A DNA stretch of 64,000 nucleotides from Octopus vulgaris (Eukaryota): positions 76,694,001 through 76,758,000 of the forward strand of contig OX597814.1 in the NCBI GenBank assembly GCA_951406725.2, read 5' to 3'. The translations under genes were made by a program, and so were the position numbers. The notes beneath the pieces are model-generated. The model was given only the letters and a program-made list of their open reading frames with translations. It did no database searches and was not told where the DNA came from. Below, in pieces: positions 1 through 10,775 of the stretch (positions within the stretch are counted from its first letter, which is position 1; every line of letters begins with the position of its first letter).

Positions 1-567
1 AGGTAAATTTAAGCTTACCATTTTAAAACTCATGGACCTATGCTACAGTTATTGTCAAATTCACTTTTGTTGTACTCTTAAGAAAGCATAAACACCATAT
101 TTTCTTATCCTGTAAATATGAAACCTGTTGGCTATATAAGTTTTTAATCTCTCTTAAAGTAACATTAAACAAATATGAAACAAAAAGAAAAACAACAAAG
201 CAATATATGCTGATATAATCAAATTTAATTATCTAATGAATTAAAACAAATTTGTCATTGTTTAATTATAATGTAGTTATTCAAGCTGTTTGTTTCTTTT
301 GCAAATTAATGTGCAAGCACTTTATCATTTCATTTTTCTCAATTTCTATCTGATGATGGGAAGTAATTGGTAGGCTGAAAGACAAAAATAACAGATTTAG
401 TTTAAATACATAGAATTGCTATAGTTAAAAAGGAAAAGTAACAAATTAATGGAAGAGCATCATTAAAGAATTTTTGGATTTCGTGGAAAGTGATGAAGTG
501 ACAACAAAGAGAAAAATATATTCCCCCAGGTTTTGGCATCGAAAGGCTGCTACGAGATTATTTTAGG

Positions 568-720
568 TGCAGGCACGGCTGTGTGGGAAGAAGCTTGCTT
601 CCCAAACACATGGTTCTGGGTTCAGTCCCACTGTGTGGCATCTTAGGCAGGTGTCTTCTACTTTAGCTTTAGACCAATCAAAGCCTTGTGAATGGATTTG
701 ATAGAGGGGAAACTGAAAGA
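568..720 (+). mobile_element. tRNA-derived SINE (family 1), 5' part
   Basis: gcaggcacggctgtgtgg (box A-like) and ggttcagtccc (box B-like); homologues at 29630, 34126 and 49026. Confidence 0.75.
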
Positions 721-1064
721 ATATTTATCAGAGCTGTTTGATAAACTCTAGAGAGAAGAGAAATTTAGACAAAACACCAAGATGAAAATTAATAATAATT
801 CAATTTGGACAAGTGTATTAGCTTAGTTTCTCCTGTTCCCAAACAGTGGATGAATGTCTGAAAATTGTAAAACTTTAACGCTACTGCACAGAGAACCACT
901 GTAAACAGAGTTGAATTTCTTTTAAAACAAAACTCTCAACTTTTCTGGAATGATGACTAAGTACCAAAATGGACAATACAGACATTCTACACTTGGACCA
1001 ACACACAGACACACACACACAATATATATATGTGTGTGCATGTGTGTGTATAGATGCACACTCT

Positions 1065-2400
1065 GGTCACTTTACATGGCTCTCCATTAGTCCCTTGAAA
1101 TCAGATATAGATAGAATCAACAAAAACTACTAGGGAGGATAATTCCACTGGTTACCAAAATATGTTGACTTCGAATAATGGCAATGTACTAGCAGTCAGC
1201 TGCTGGTTTGAAAACCTCTATAGTAAAGATAGTACTTCCTTTGTGCAATGAAGGAGATTATTACTACCATCTACTTCCTCAATTTTATTAAACAAGACCA
1301 TTATTTTTGCTGCTACTGACAAGACAAAGGCAATGAAAAGTCAGAAGAAGAATGACACTAGAAGTCAGTAGCTGGTAAGCAAATATCCACACTTTATTTG
1401 CTGCTGTGACACCAAGAACAAAAGCTCTCTGGGCGTTTTGTTCTTCATAGTAAGGAAAAATATCATTTCTTGTGTACAAAAAGAATAAATTGTTGTTTAT
1501 CAAAATCTCAACAAATTCCAGTGTTTCTTTCTGTACAAATATAATCAAGGATGAGAGACACTATTCTTTTAACTAGGAGAATGGTTATCTATTTCCAGAG
1601 GATCTTGCGTGGTTGAGGTTGACTTTGCTTAGTGATAATCTGAATCTACTTAAGTTGTTGATCTGATGAGTCTTGTATCTTCTAAATAAACTACCAGAGG
1701 GCTTCTGAACTTGTAGGTCGACTGCATAGAGATGATGCCATTCTGACTATTTCCAAATATTCTCAGTCCAACTTAGAAGGGCTGTGGAAATGTCTCCACT
1801 CATTCTTTAAACATTTATCAACTTCCTTCGAAAATTGTAATAAAATAGTCAACTTTTTAGATATGAGACTAAACCTAGACTTCAAACTGTACTAACCTAC
1901 CACAAACCAAATGAGACTATCCACTATGTCGTTAGATTGAACTATTTTAGATACATTATAGACAGTTTAGTTAGAAATATATCAATTACAATCTCTAATC
2001 TTTCTGCCAACAAGTGAATTTCAATGATACTGCAAAATACTATAATGAAGCTCTCAGTAGAAGTGGTTATAGCAAAAAGATTAATTTCTGTTTCAGATGC
2101 TAAACTTAAGCAATTCCCTGATGAATGCAAAAATATTGTGAAAATAATAATTATAGTAACATCTCATTACAAACTACTATAGCTAATGGTAGAAGAAGGA
2201 CTCTGAGACTGAGATATATGACAGAAATTTACAAATCCAATAGTGCATTACATCTTCTCAGGTATAACTTGAGCCCTTCAGGAGCAAATAAACAACTCAT
2301 GGACCTTGTAATGGATACTCAATGGATACTTGTAATGGAACTGGAGGAAGCAGATTCAACTCTAGCATAAAACCTATATCAGATCAAATCCCAAATCTAG
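1065..2400 (+). mobile_element. Degenerate Penelope-like retroelement (RT region)
   Basis: Broken-frame motifs ATDKT (~1312), GRLHRDDA (~1716; cf. GLYRDD), VNFLDMRLNL (~1848), YHKPNETIHYV, YYNEALSRSGY; boundaries approximate. Confidence 0.6.
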
Positions 2401-2590
2401 CCATGCAATATAACCTACGGCAAGTAACTTTTATATCAATGTAATGTTCATGTGTAAAATAAATGGCCACATCAAAATCTAAGATGGAGTTAGTTGTGTA
2501 TGAGAAAGATGTGCAACCTGAATTAGCTTAACCAAATAATCAATATAACTATAGACCTATCTAACAGGCGCACATGCACAAACACGAGCA

Positions 2591-2641
<51 letters not shown>

Positions 2642-2868
2642 GTACATACATGTGTGTGTGTGTTAATGGTCTTTCCTCCCATCCCTATAACATCTTCCTT
2701 CATTAACTCATAGCCTCACATATACAAACCATAATTTATTGACCTATTATAAACTGCAGCAAATTTCTTTCTTTAAATCGCCAATGCATTTAACATTAGG
2801 AAAGAATACATTGCATAGTATAGATATAGGGAAAGGTGAGATGATATACGTTCTATAAACATTAGTGG

Positions 2869-3853
2869 TGTAGGGTTAAACGACTGTACGTAAGGAGTTG
2901 GTGACAAATGTCTCCTTTTGAACGCTGCACCCTAACAAAATAAGATAGGCCAAATACATAATATAGAATACAGTGCCAAAGGAATAAAGAGAAACAGCAA
3001 ACCGTTCTACTGTTTGAGAGAAGAAGACTTTATTTACAATGTATAAAGTGAAAGTGTTGTTGAGTGCTAGCAAGTGTTGTATATGTGTGCATGCTACAAG
3101 TGTTTGTGTTTGTGTGTTCGTGTGTGCGACAGAAGGTACAGACAAAAGGTGTACAGAGCATAAGATAAGTCTCAGCGAATTGAGTTAAGATTGGAGTTAG
3201 TTTACCAGTTCATGAGGTACTCAATAGTAAATTCTATAACAAGATGTGGGTCACATGGCAGAGCCGGTTACTACCTATGTAGAAGTTGTGGCTATCATGC
3301 CGTGCCGAGTCTCTTGATATAGTTAGTTCTTTAGATAGACCGACTATTTCTTCTCGGTGAAAGATTCACACAAACAGCGTGGAGTAAACTTGCATTGTTG
3401 TTGATGTGTACATGTTGTTGAAGGACGACGGTGGTGATGACGGCGGCCGGGATGGAGAACGTCCTGTTGCGGGTATACATTAGCGTCGTCGTAGCTGAAG
3501 CAGGAGCATGGCTGACAGGCTGGTCATCTGTCGCTGGAACTGGAACATGGCTGAGTAGCTCTGTGGTCAGTGACTAGACCTTAAAAGGTCTTGAGTCAAA
3601 AGATGAAGAATAGTGAAAATGTTAGCTTATTTATAGGGTAAAGATGGTTCACATGAAGCAGGCCTTATCCCAAGGCCATGATTGGTTGGCTTTACACTCT
3701 GGTGCGAAATAAGTAGAGAGACAGACCACGCTAGATGCCAACCAATCAGATCAGTGGACACAACAGGGTCAAACCAGCCAAAGATGGCTGTAATCTTAAA
3801 AGAGATCATTCTTATTGTGTCTCTCAAAGGGTGAGGATATCAATATCGCTACA
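2869..3853 (-). mobile_element. Solo LTR (985 bp) with 4-bp TSD GTGG
   Basis: Termini TGTAG...CTACA; GTGG at 2865-2868 and 3854-3857; on the minus strand CCAAT motifs, TATAAATA (3628-3635) and AATAAA (3029-3034). Confidence 0.75.
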
Positions 3854-4121
3854 GTGGAAACACTCCTCTCTGGCACTTTTCTGAGAATCTCTTGTCTTGC
3901 CAGGTGTAACTGCCATCCCTGCAGGATAGTCTCAGCATTGTATACTGCAGGACAAAAAGTCCTGCAGTATACAGGTCGTAACTAAAGTCACTGGCAGCTT
4001 ACCTATTTTATGTTGCTGTGTCAATGTAAGTCTCAACAGAATACAAGACAGGATACACCAGAATATGCTCTTTTCTAAAACAGTGTACTCTAAAGGAGAC
4101 CTGACTGCTATTTGAATATCG

Positions 4122-5960
4122 CCCTATGTGGCACGGAGCTTTCAGTCTGTCCTAATCGGGGTGTACCAGAACACCGCTAGCATCACAACATACGGTCCTG
4201 TTATCTGATTTAGGCAGCTCCTTCTGACTGAGTCTTCCGTTTTCGTCCTCTCCTGCATTTTCTGCATCATCGCCACCGTCCCACCTTATCACTCCAATTC
4301 TCCCCGTCTGCTCATCTCCTAGTGTAACTGTATGCCGTATGCAGCCACCCAGCGATCAGATAGTGACCCACTAATTTCCCCACACATGGAGAACAGTTCT
4401 CTCCTGCTGACGTTGGTACCCAGCTCCAGCATCTCGTTCCCCCTACAAAAGACCAACTTGCCTGTTATGTCTCTCTGAAGCTTAAGCCCCAATGTAGCTC
4501 CTCCAACCATTGACTCCGATGGCTTCGCAATCAGCCCGAGTTTCTTCAGATGTTTCACAACCTCTGTGTTAAGCACTACGGTCTCGTCCACTAGGATGTC
4601 ATCTATATAGGAATTTGGTGGCCCTCCGTATCCTAACCACCTGCCCCAAGATGGATTTGAGCACTATCGTCATGATCGTCGGCGCAGAATTCAGCCCCAA
4701 ACCCAGCCTTATCAGACAATATATCTGTATCGGATCAGTTGGTACTGCCAGTTTTTCGCTCCCATGGAGCTGCAAATATGCCGACTTCAAGTCGACGATC
4801 GTCGCTGCCTTTCAGGGCATGCTGGTAGCAGCTCACCCTGTTCTTCAGCATCGGGAGTCCCTCTTTCCAGGGCCAATCTGTCGTCCATCGCTGACCATCG
4901 AACGCCGCCCGAAAATCCTTGTCTTCAATTGTGTAGGCAGTGCAGATCCTCGCGGGGCTCTGCTACCGCTCACGACGCCTCCACGGCATGAAACGAAACC
5001 ACGTCTCTTCCAACACTGACACACCCAAGGCGGTCAATCACGTCCATCCCCATTACCACATCAATTCCATCTACACTTGGTCGATCGCGATCGCCCGCAG
5101 CCTTAGCGTTGTACTTCGCACCGCTATATTCACATCGCTGTTACCCTTGCATTCGATATCACTGCCGTCGACCACCCGAACGCTAATCGTCCCGTTCCAT
5201 TTCTTTGTCACCCTCGTGGTCACGAGAGTCGTTGTGCAGCCCGTGTCTATGAGGACCTTGAACGTCTTTCCCCTGACCACGATCTCAATGACAGGCAGTG
5301 GAGATGAGCCAGAAGAAGAGGGCCATGACGTCAATGGTCAAGGGACTGACTGGAATAGGAAGCGTGAGAAGGGGAGATAGGACAGTGTTGGCTTCTTTTC
5401 GTCCTTCACCAGCCGTCGCGGACTTCTGCAGAGGTGTTTTGTGTCAACACACGGGCTTGAACAATGAGTTCGCTCATCGCCATTTTGTTGCCGCCTAGCA
5501 ACTGTTGTAGTCGTCGGGAAAGTCATTCACAAAGGCCAGTCGCGCTACTTTCTCAAGTCTCTCACCAGTGAGACCAGAGAACACAACCAGCCTCCGTACT
5601 TCCGCAGCGTATTCGTCAACCTGTTCCCCTCTCCATCTGATCGTTCCCAGCTTAGCAAAAGCGGCGTACTCTCCATCTGTGTAAGCCTATCCAAAGCGCT
5701 GCTCGATCTTCGCCGCGCTCAGTTGTTCTTCTTCATCCATTTCGAGGTACTGTTCCAGCGCCCTCCCCTCCAAATACAGCGCCATGAGACTCGCTACATC
5801 TTCGATGCTTTGTAGCCTGGCCACAACTTTGATTTTTCGAATCCAGGCTACTACGTCACCTTCGCCATAGAAAGGTCTAATGACATCACTGCCGACTCTT
5901 ATCTTCGCTGCAAGGGGCAACGACGCCATTTAACATAAGCTTGCACAGCAAAATGAACAA
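4122..5960 (-). mobile_element. Degenerate, internally deleted Ty3/Gypsy element (gag, protease, RT, RNase H remnants)
   Basis: Gag PFYGEGDVVAWIRKIKVVARLQ, protease LIDTGC, RT VDLKSAYLQL and YIDD; same clade as 9745-13995. Confidence 0.85.
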
Positions 5961-6143
5961 CGGGGAGAGAAATGCTATTGTTCGTGTAAACCAATATCTC
6001 TAATAAGATTTTTAAATAGTGTTGGCTAAATAAGAAGCTTTAAAATATCTACAATGTTTAGTCCCTAAAAGATAACATTCCTCTAGAAAAGATAGAAAGA
6101 GAAATACAGAAATTACTGCATTGTGTGTGTGTGTGCTACTTAC

Positions 6144-6265
6144 CACACAGTCTCTATATGTACAAGCCACTCTTTCTGATGCTTGGCAGTAGCACGTATT
6201 GCAATTGTCATAAGAAGGAAATGAATCATTAACATAGTACACTCGGCCGTTGTAGTGGCAGATTT
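6144..6265 (-). CDS. Gene copy A exon 3: six-Cys module 2, (E)ICHYNGRVYYVNDSFPSYDNCNTCYCQASERVACTYRDCV
   Basis: Acceptor ttctttttcag|AA and donor GTG|gtaagt; 122 nt, phase 1-0, in frame with exon 2 (G+AA=Glu); same Cys framework as module 1. Confidence 0.88.
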
Positions 6266-6448
6266 CTGAAAAAGAACGAAAATTGCATTACTTTGTTTTT
6301 CTGGGGTTTTTTTTTTTCTTGCGTCATTATTCTAACATGAAGTTTAGATGGTTTGGTTCAAAATTGTAATTCTATTCTCATTCACAAAATACGCCAGAAA
6401 AACTTATTATGAAGTCAAAGAGGATAATTACCAATTACTAATTACTAA

Positions 6449-8757
6449 TTTGTAGTTTTCGTTACTGTTTACAATTATCTTTAAAAAAAACTTTTTAATG
6501 TATCATATAGATTCAATTTTTGATGCTGAATCCAAATTCGCGAGCAAACTGAATATTTAAAAGCTACGAACAAACCAACAGGAGTTGCTAGAAGAAACTG
6601 TCAAAACATTGCTTAAAATAGACAGTTATTAGTTTTTAAAAAAAATCAAGAATGAAAGTTTGCAATACACTCTAGGGATCTAGTCTTTCTCATTTGCAAA
6701 ATGAAATTTCCGTCATTTTACTCAGATTGCTTTCAATTTTGGTGTATTGCGTATCGTATAAGAGACACAGTCGCACGCGATCCCATTCTTAATGATTATT
6801 TACTGACCAGATAATACATGCAGCGGCAAAACACATAAGTGGAATGACAACAAGATTTCTTTTTGAGATATATACATTATTTATTTTACATATTTTACAA
6901 TCATGCTTGATGTTGGAAGTTTGTAAGTGTTAGCATGTTTTTGTGTCTGTGTGTTCGTGAGGCGTAAAAGGTACTGACCAGTGAAATGACGATGGAATTT
7001 GGTTCACAGTTCATGTTGTTGGTATCAGCCTGGCAACAGGTAGTAACAGATGGCTTAAGGTAGTTCTTAGAAGAACTAGAACCCAAGAACAGATAATTGA
7101 TTTACCGTTTATGAGGTACAGTGTAAGAGTTCCATATCAAGATGTTGCGTCTCGTAGTTGAGATTAATTGAATCACTTGTGTTTATCTTTCTCTTGATAT
7201 GGATATACTTCCAGATATATTAACTGTAGCCGTTTTTCCCGTGGTGATATTTTCACCTAACCGCTATAGTTGAATCTGTAGTTGTCTTGTGTACAAATTA
7301 AACCTTCGATGTTCGGCGATGAGTTGTGTCTGTCGCTTGGTTTTTGCTGCGTCTTCATTATATATTCTGCTTGGTTATTTTTCTCTAGTTATAGATATCC
7401 TGTAACCGTTCTTTTCGTGGTGATATTTTCACACTAACAGTATGAGAGGAATCTGTAACATCTTATATTAATGGTAGTCGCCTGCCTTTCGAAACTGGAA
7501 CATGGTCGAGTGTGCTCTGTGTGGTCAGAGGTTAGCCCTGAGAAGGACTAGAAACTTAAGACGAATACTTGTCTGAGAAACCTTGTTTTATAAGGTTTAT
7601 GTGGCTCCAAATGAACTTCAGAAATGGAAAGCTGTGATTGGCTGCTTGGAACTATGGCGCGAAAATAAGCGGAGGCAAATCGCGTCACGTGATAACCAGC
7701 GGTGCGAACGTAGTAGAGACCACGTGTCAGCCAATCGAATTAGTGTTTACAACAATGTTGAACTAGCCGAAGATGTTTGTAATCTCGAACGAGATTATTC
7801 ATAATACTCTTCTTAAACAGTGAAGATAGCAATGAGAGAACGATATTGCTACACAATCAACCAATTACTTTATCTCGTAAATTAAAGAATCTGATGTTAT
7901 TTGGAATTAAAGTTAGGAAATTTGGGTAATTTTATCCAATCAACAGACAGCGTGGCATCAGCAGCTAGTTACCATGACAACCGCACGCTGTATTGTGGTT
8001 CACTGTTGTTTGTGCCACTGTTGTCTATGTTGGTTTTTCACACTTAGTGTTTTTGCAAAATTTGGGTATTCTAGCCAATCAGAAGTATTTTACACATCAC
8101 CCTGTTCTGTTTCCATAGTAACCAAAAATGCTGCGCATGCGCACAAAGACGAGAAGGAGATACGAGAAAGATAATCTACTATAATAATATTCTTGTGTTT
8201 TTCTCCATCACAATATATGAATGAGAAAGGAAGGAGTGACGGATGAATGAGAAAAGAAAGGGGTGATAGATGAATAAGGAACGAAGGGATGATGGCAAAC
8301 TGGTAGTGGGAACGTTTCAACTCTGTGTGAGTATATGTGTCAGTATGTAAAAGGAAGGTATGTGAATGTTTGTGTGTGTGTGTGTGTGAGTGCACGTGCA
8401 CGGGTAATGGAAGTGGGATGGTGAACATTCAACGCTGAAAAGAAAAAAAGCAGCGTTTCAACTCTGTAAGTATATGTGTGTATGTGTATGTATGTACAAG
8501 GGAAGTAACAATGTTTTGACATGCCGATACCTATCCACCCCACCCCCGATGATGGAAGAGGTAACGAACGCGCTGTTTTCTGATAGGCAGAAAATTCTGA
8601 AAATGATCAAACTTTGAACACCTGTAACATTTTTTCAATTTTTTTTTTTTTAAATAAATGAATAACAAATTCGGATTCAGTGTCAAAACCTACACCTATA
8701 TGATACATTAAAAAACTTTTTTTAAAGATAATTATAAGCAGTGACGAAAACCACAAA
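6449..8757. mobile_element. Non-autonomous DNA transposon with terminal inverted repeats of about 90 bp
   Basis: 6449-6540 is the approximate reverse complement of 8667-8757; the block is absent from the paralogous intron of copy B. Confidence 0.6.
6738..7853 (-). mobile_element. Solo LTR related to 2869-3853, nested in the DNA transposon
   Basis: Ends in gctaca (7853); shares ordered motifs with the 2869-3853 LTR (atgaggtac..caagatgt, ctggaacatgg, tgattgg, ccaatc); possible CAAT TSD; left end degenerate. Confidence 0.55.
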
Positions 8758-8918
8758 GATCCCGGGTATTTTCTCCGGTTCCAGGCACAGCAAATACAAA
8801 TTCTGAAACAACTGGCGTATCACAATTTCAATTTCTTATGATGAAATTGAAATGTGTGTTATAGTAACGCAATCCACAGTTGGTAAATGTTCAAGAAGTT
8901 ACTGAACTCTTATACCAG

Positions 8919-9062
8919 CAAGTGCGGACTCGGAGTGGAGTGCTGAGGGGCACATCCCCTCAAGGAAAGAAGTGAACCTTCTAATGTTATTACGCCCTTC
9001 CCTCCTGGAATTGTATTCCCTTCTGACCTTGTGCCCTCGCACAATTCCTGCGAACACGCCTG
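8919..9062. mobile_element. 144-bp MITE-like insertion (CA...TG) with 5-bp direct repeat ACCAG
   Basis: ACCAG at 8914-8918 and 9063-9067; empty site (tataccagact) in copy B near 31712. Confidence 0.55.
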
Positions 9063-10005
9063 ACCAGACTACGTCGGAGTATTAACATCTGTCTTGTAGT
9101 AGTAAATTTAGGTAAAAGACGCCGTTTTCGTAAAAGCAGGCAACCGTTTTGGTCAATGAAGTGCCGTCTTAATGCGTGGGTATACTGGGAAGTTGCCCAA
9201 AGGTCACACGGCCCTAGGGGCCCAATTCTGCTCTATGCATGTTGTTACTTGCTGTCAATAAATACAATAGCACCCAGTGCGTTGATTTACCTGAGGGCCT
9301 ATAATACTGTTAAGACGGTCTTGGGTGAACGCATCACCTTTAACTCCTTCTCTCTATGTATACATCTTCCTTGCTTGCGCCAGATGTCTTATAGTTTGTC
9401 CCACTCGTGGTGAAGTTTAATATGTTGTAACAACATTCATAGCTGATTCTTCATTTCTTTTGCAGTGTACATCTGAACTTATGGACATGTTAGAAAAACT
9501 TTAGTTTTTACTCCAGTTCTATAATAGCATACACATAATTGTCCATAAGCTGTACGGATGGTCCATGAACATTTCGAAATGTTTTTTACAGATAATGGAA
9601 AAGGAAATGTATGTATTCTGCATACATTCTATATAGAATACTTGTGTTTAATTGGATTGGAATTTTCACCCTCTATCTTACTTTGAGCATTAAATAATTA
9701 CCTGCAACCCAGAATAAAAATTGTTATCTTGCTTCCCAAGCGAAATGACAGATGAGGTGGGCGGAAGTAGGGCTTGCAGGGACCGGCGGAAGAGTGAAGG
9801 GCGCATGCTTGGCAGGAAGGACGTGTGGTCAGCGAGGAAGCGTGGTCAGTTCCAGCATAGACGGCAAAGCGACAGGACGTGTTGAATTCGTGAGAGACCG
9901 CTGAGATAAGGACTTTTGTATTTCTTGCTCCCGTTGCTTCTTTATCTGTTGTTCTTTTCCCCCATCACACTACAAGCTATCTCGGCTCATAAAAAAAAAC
10001 GAACG

Positions 10006-10758
10006 ATGAGTGCCCGTATTTCGAATGAGATGATCAAACTATTATGCGGTGACACAGATGTAGTCGCTTGGTTGAAGAAGGTGAAGTTGGTGGCGAAGCT
10101 CCACAGTATAAGCGACCTAGCGAGTTTTATACCGTTGTACTTGGATGGTTCGGCATTGGCGCTGTATCTAGAGATGGAAGAGAAGGACCAACTTAGCGCG
10201 GAGAAAATAGAAATCCGGTTGATGGAGGCCTTTGCGGAGGGAATGTTTGAGGCATACGCTCGCCGGGGGAAAACAAGATGGGCTGGAGAACAGGTTGACG
10301 TATTTGCCAATAAACTCAGGAAATTGGCTAAACTGGCGGGATATGAGGGAGAATCGCTGGACCAGACGGTTAAATTGGCGTTTGTGACTGGCTTTCCTGA
10401 CATGTCGGTCGAGTTGCAGAAGCTTCCGAACGTTCACTCGATGGCGATGGCAGACATCGTATCTCGGGCTCGCGTGCTAGTTTCGTGCTGCAGAACGACG
10501 TCGGTAGCAGCGACTGCAACAACGAACAGTGGCCGAGTAAGGAGCAGCAGAGAGGGGTCGAAGAAAGAACGTGTGCGACCATTCAAAGGACAGTGTTTCC
10601 GATGCCATGGCCCGCACATGGTGCGAGACTGCGAGTCACCCAAGCCTGAGGTCATTTGCTACCGGTGTCGAGAAACGGGGCATATAGCCAGCGAATGTCT
10701 GCAGGGGAAACGGACTGAGGGAGACTACTGTGCCGGTAGTTGTCCCTTTGGTCAATAG
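10006..10758 (+). CDS. gag: Gypsy gag with two zinc knuckles
   Basis: ATG at 10006; CFRCHGPHMVRDC and CYRCRETGHIASEC. Confidence 0.85.
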   Translation: MSARISNEMIKLLCGDTDVVAWLKKVKLVAKLHSISDLASFIPLYLDGSALALYLEMEEKDQLSAEKIEIRLMEAFAEGMFEAYARRGKTRWAGEQVDVFANKLRKLAKLAGYEGESLDQTVKLAFVTGFPDMSVELQKLPNVHSMAMADIVSRARVLVSCCRTTSVAATATTNSGRVRSSREGSKKERVRPFKGQCFRCHGPHMVRDCESPKPEVICYRCRETGHIASECLQGKRTEGDYCAGSCPFGQ

Positions 10759-10775
10759 AGGCGCGTTTATCGTCA

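Noticed and set aside
568-640. tRNA gene
   Set aside because: A SINE head with box A/B only; it continues into the SINE body and has multiple diverged copies
2876-2931. Acceptor-like ttttgttag as a candidate exon 4 of copy A
   Set aside because: Lies inside the solo LTR 2869-3853 and has no counterpart in copy B
6012-6242. ORF-track single-exon ORFs overlapping the Cys modules (also 14068-14280, 30834-31103, 32784-33014)
   Set aside because: Their ends run into intron sequence; paralog comparison and AG/GT sites define shorter exons
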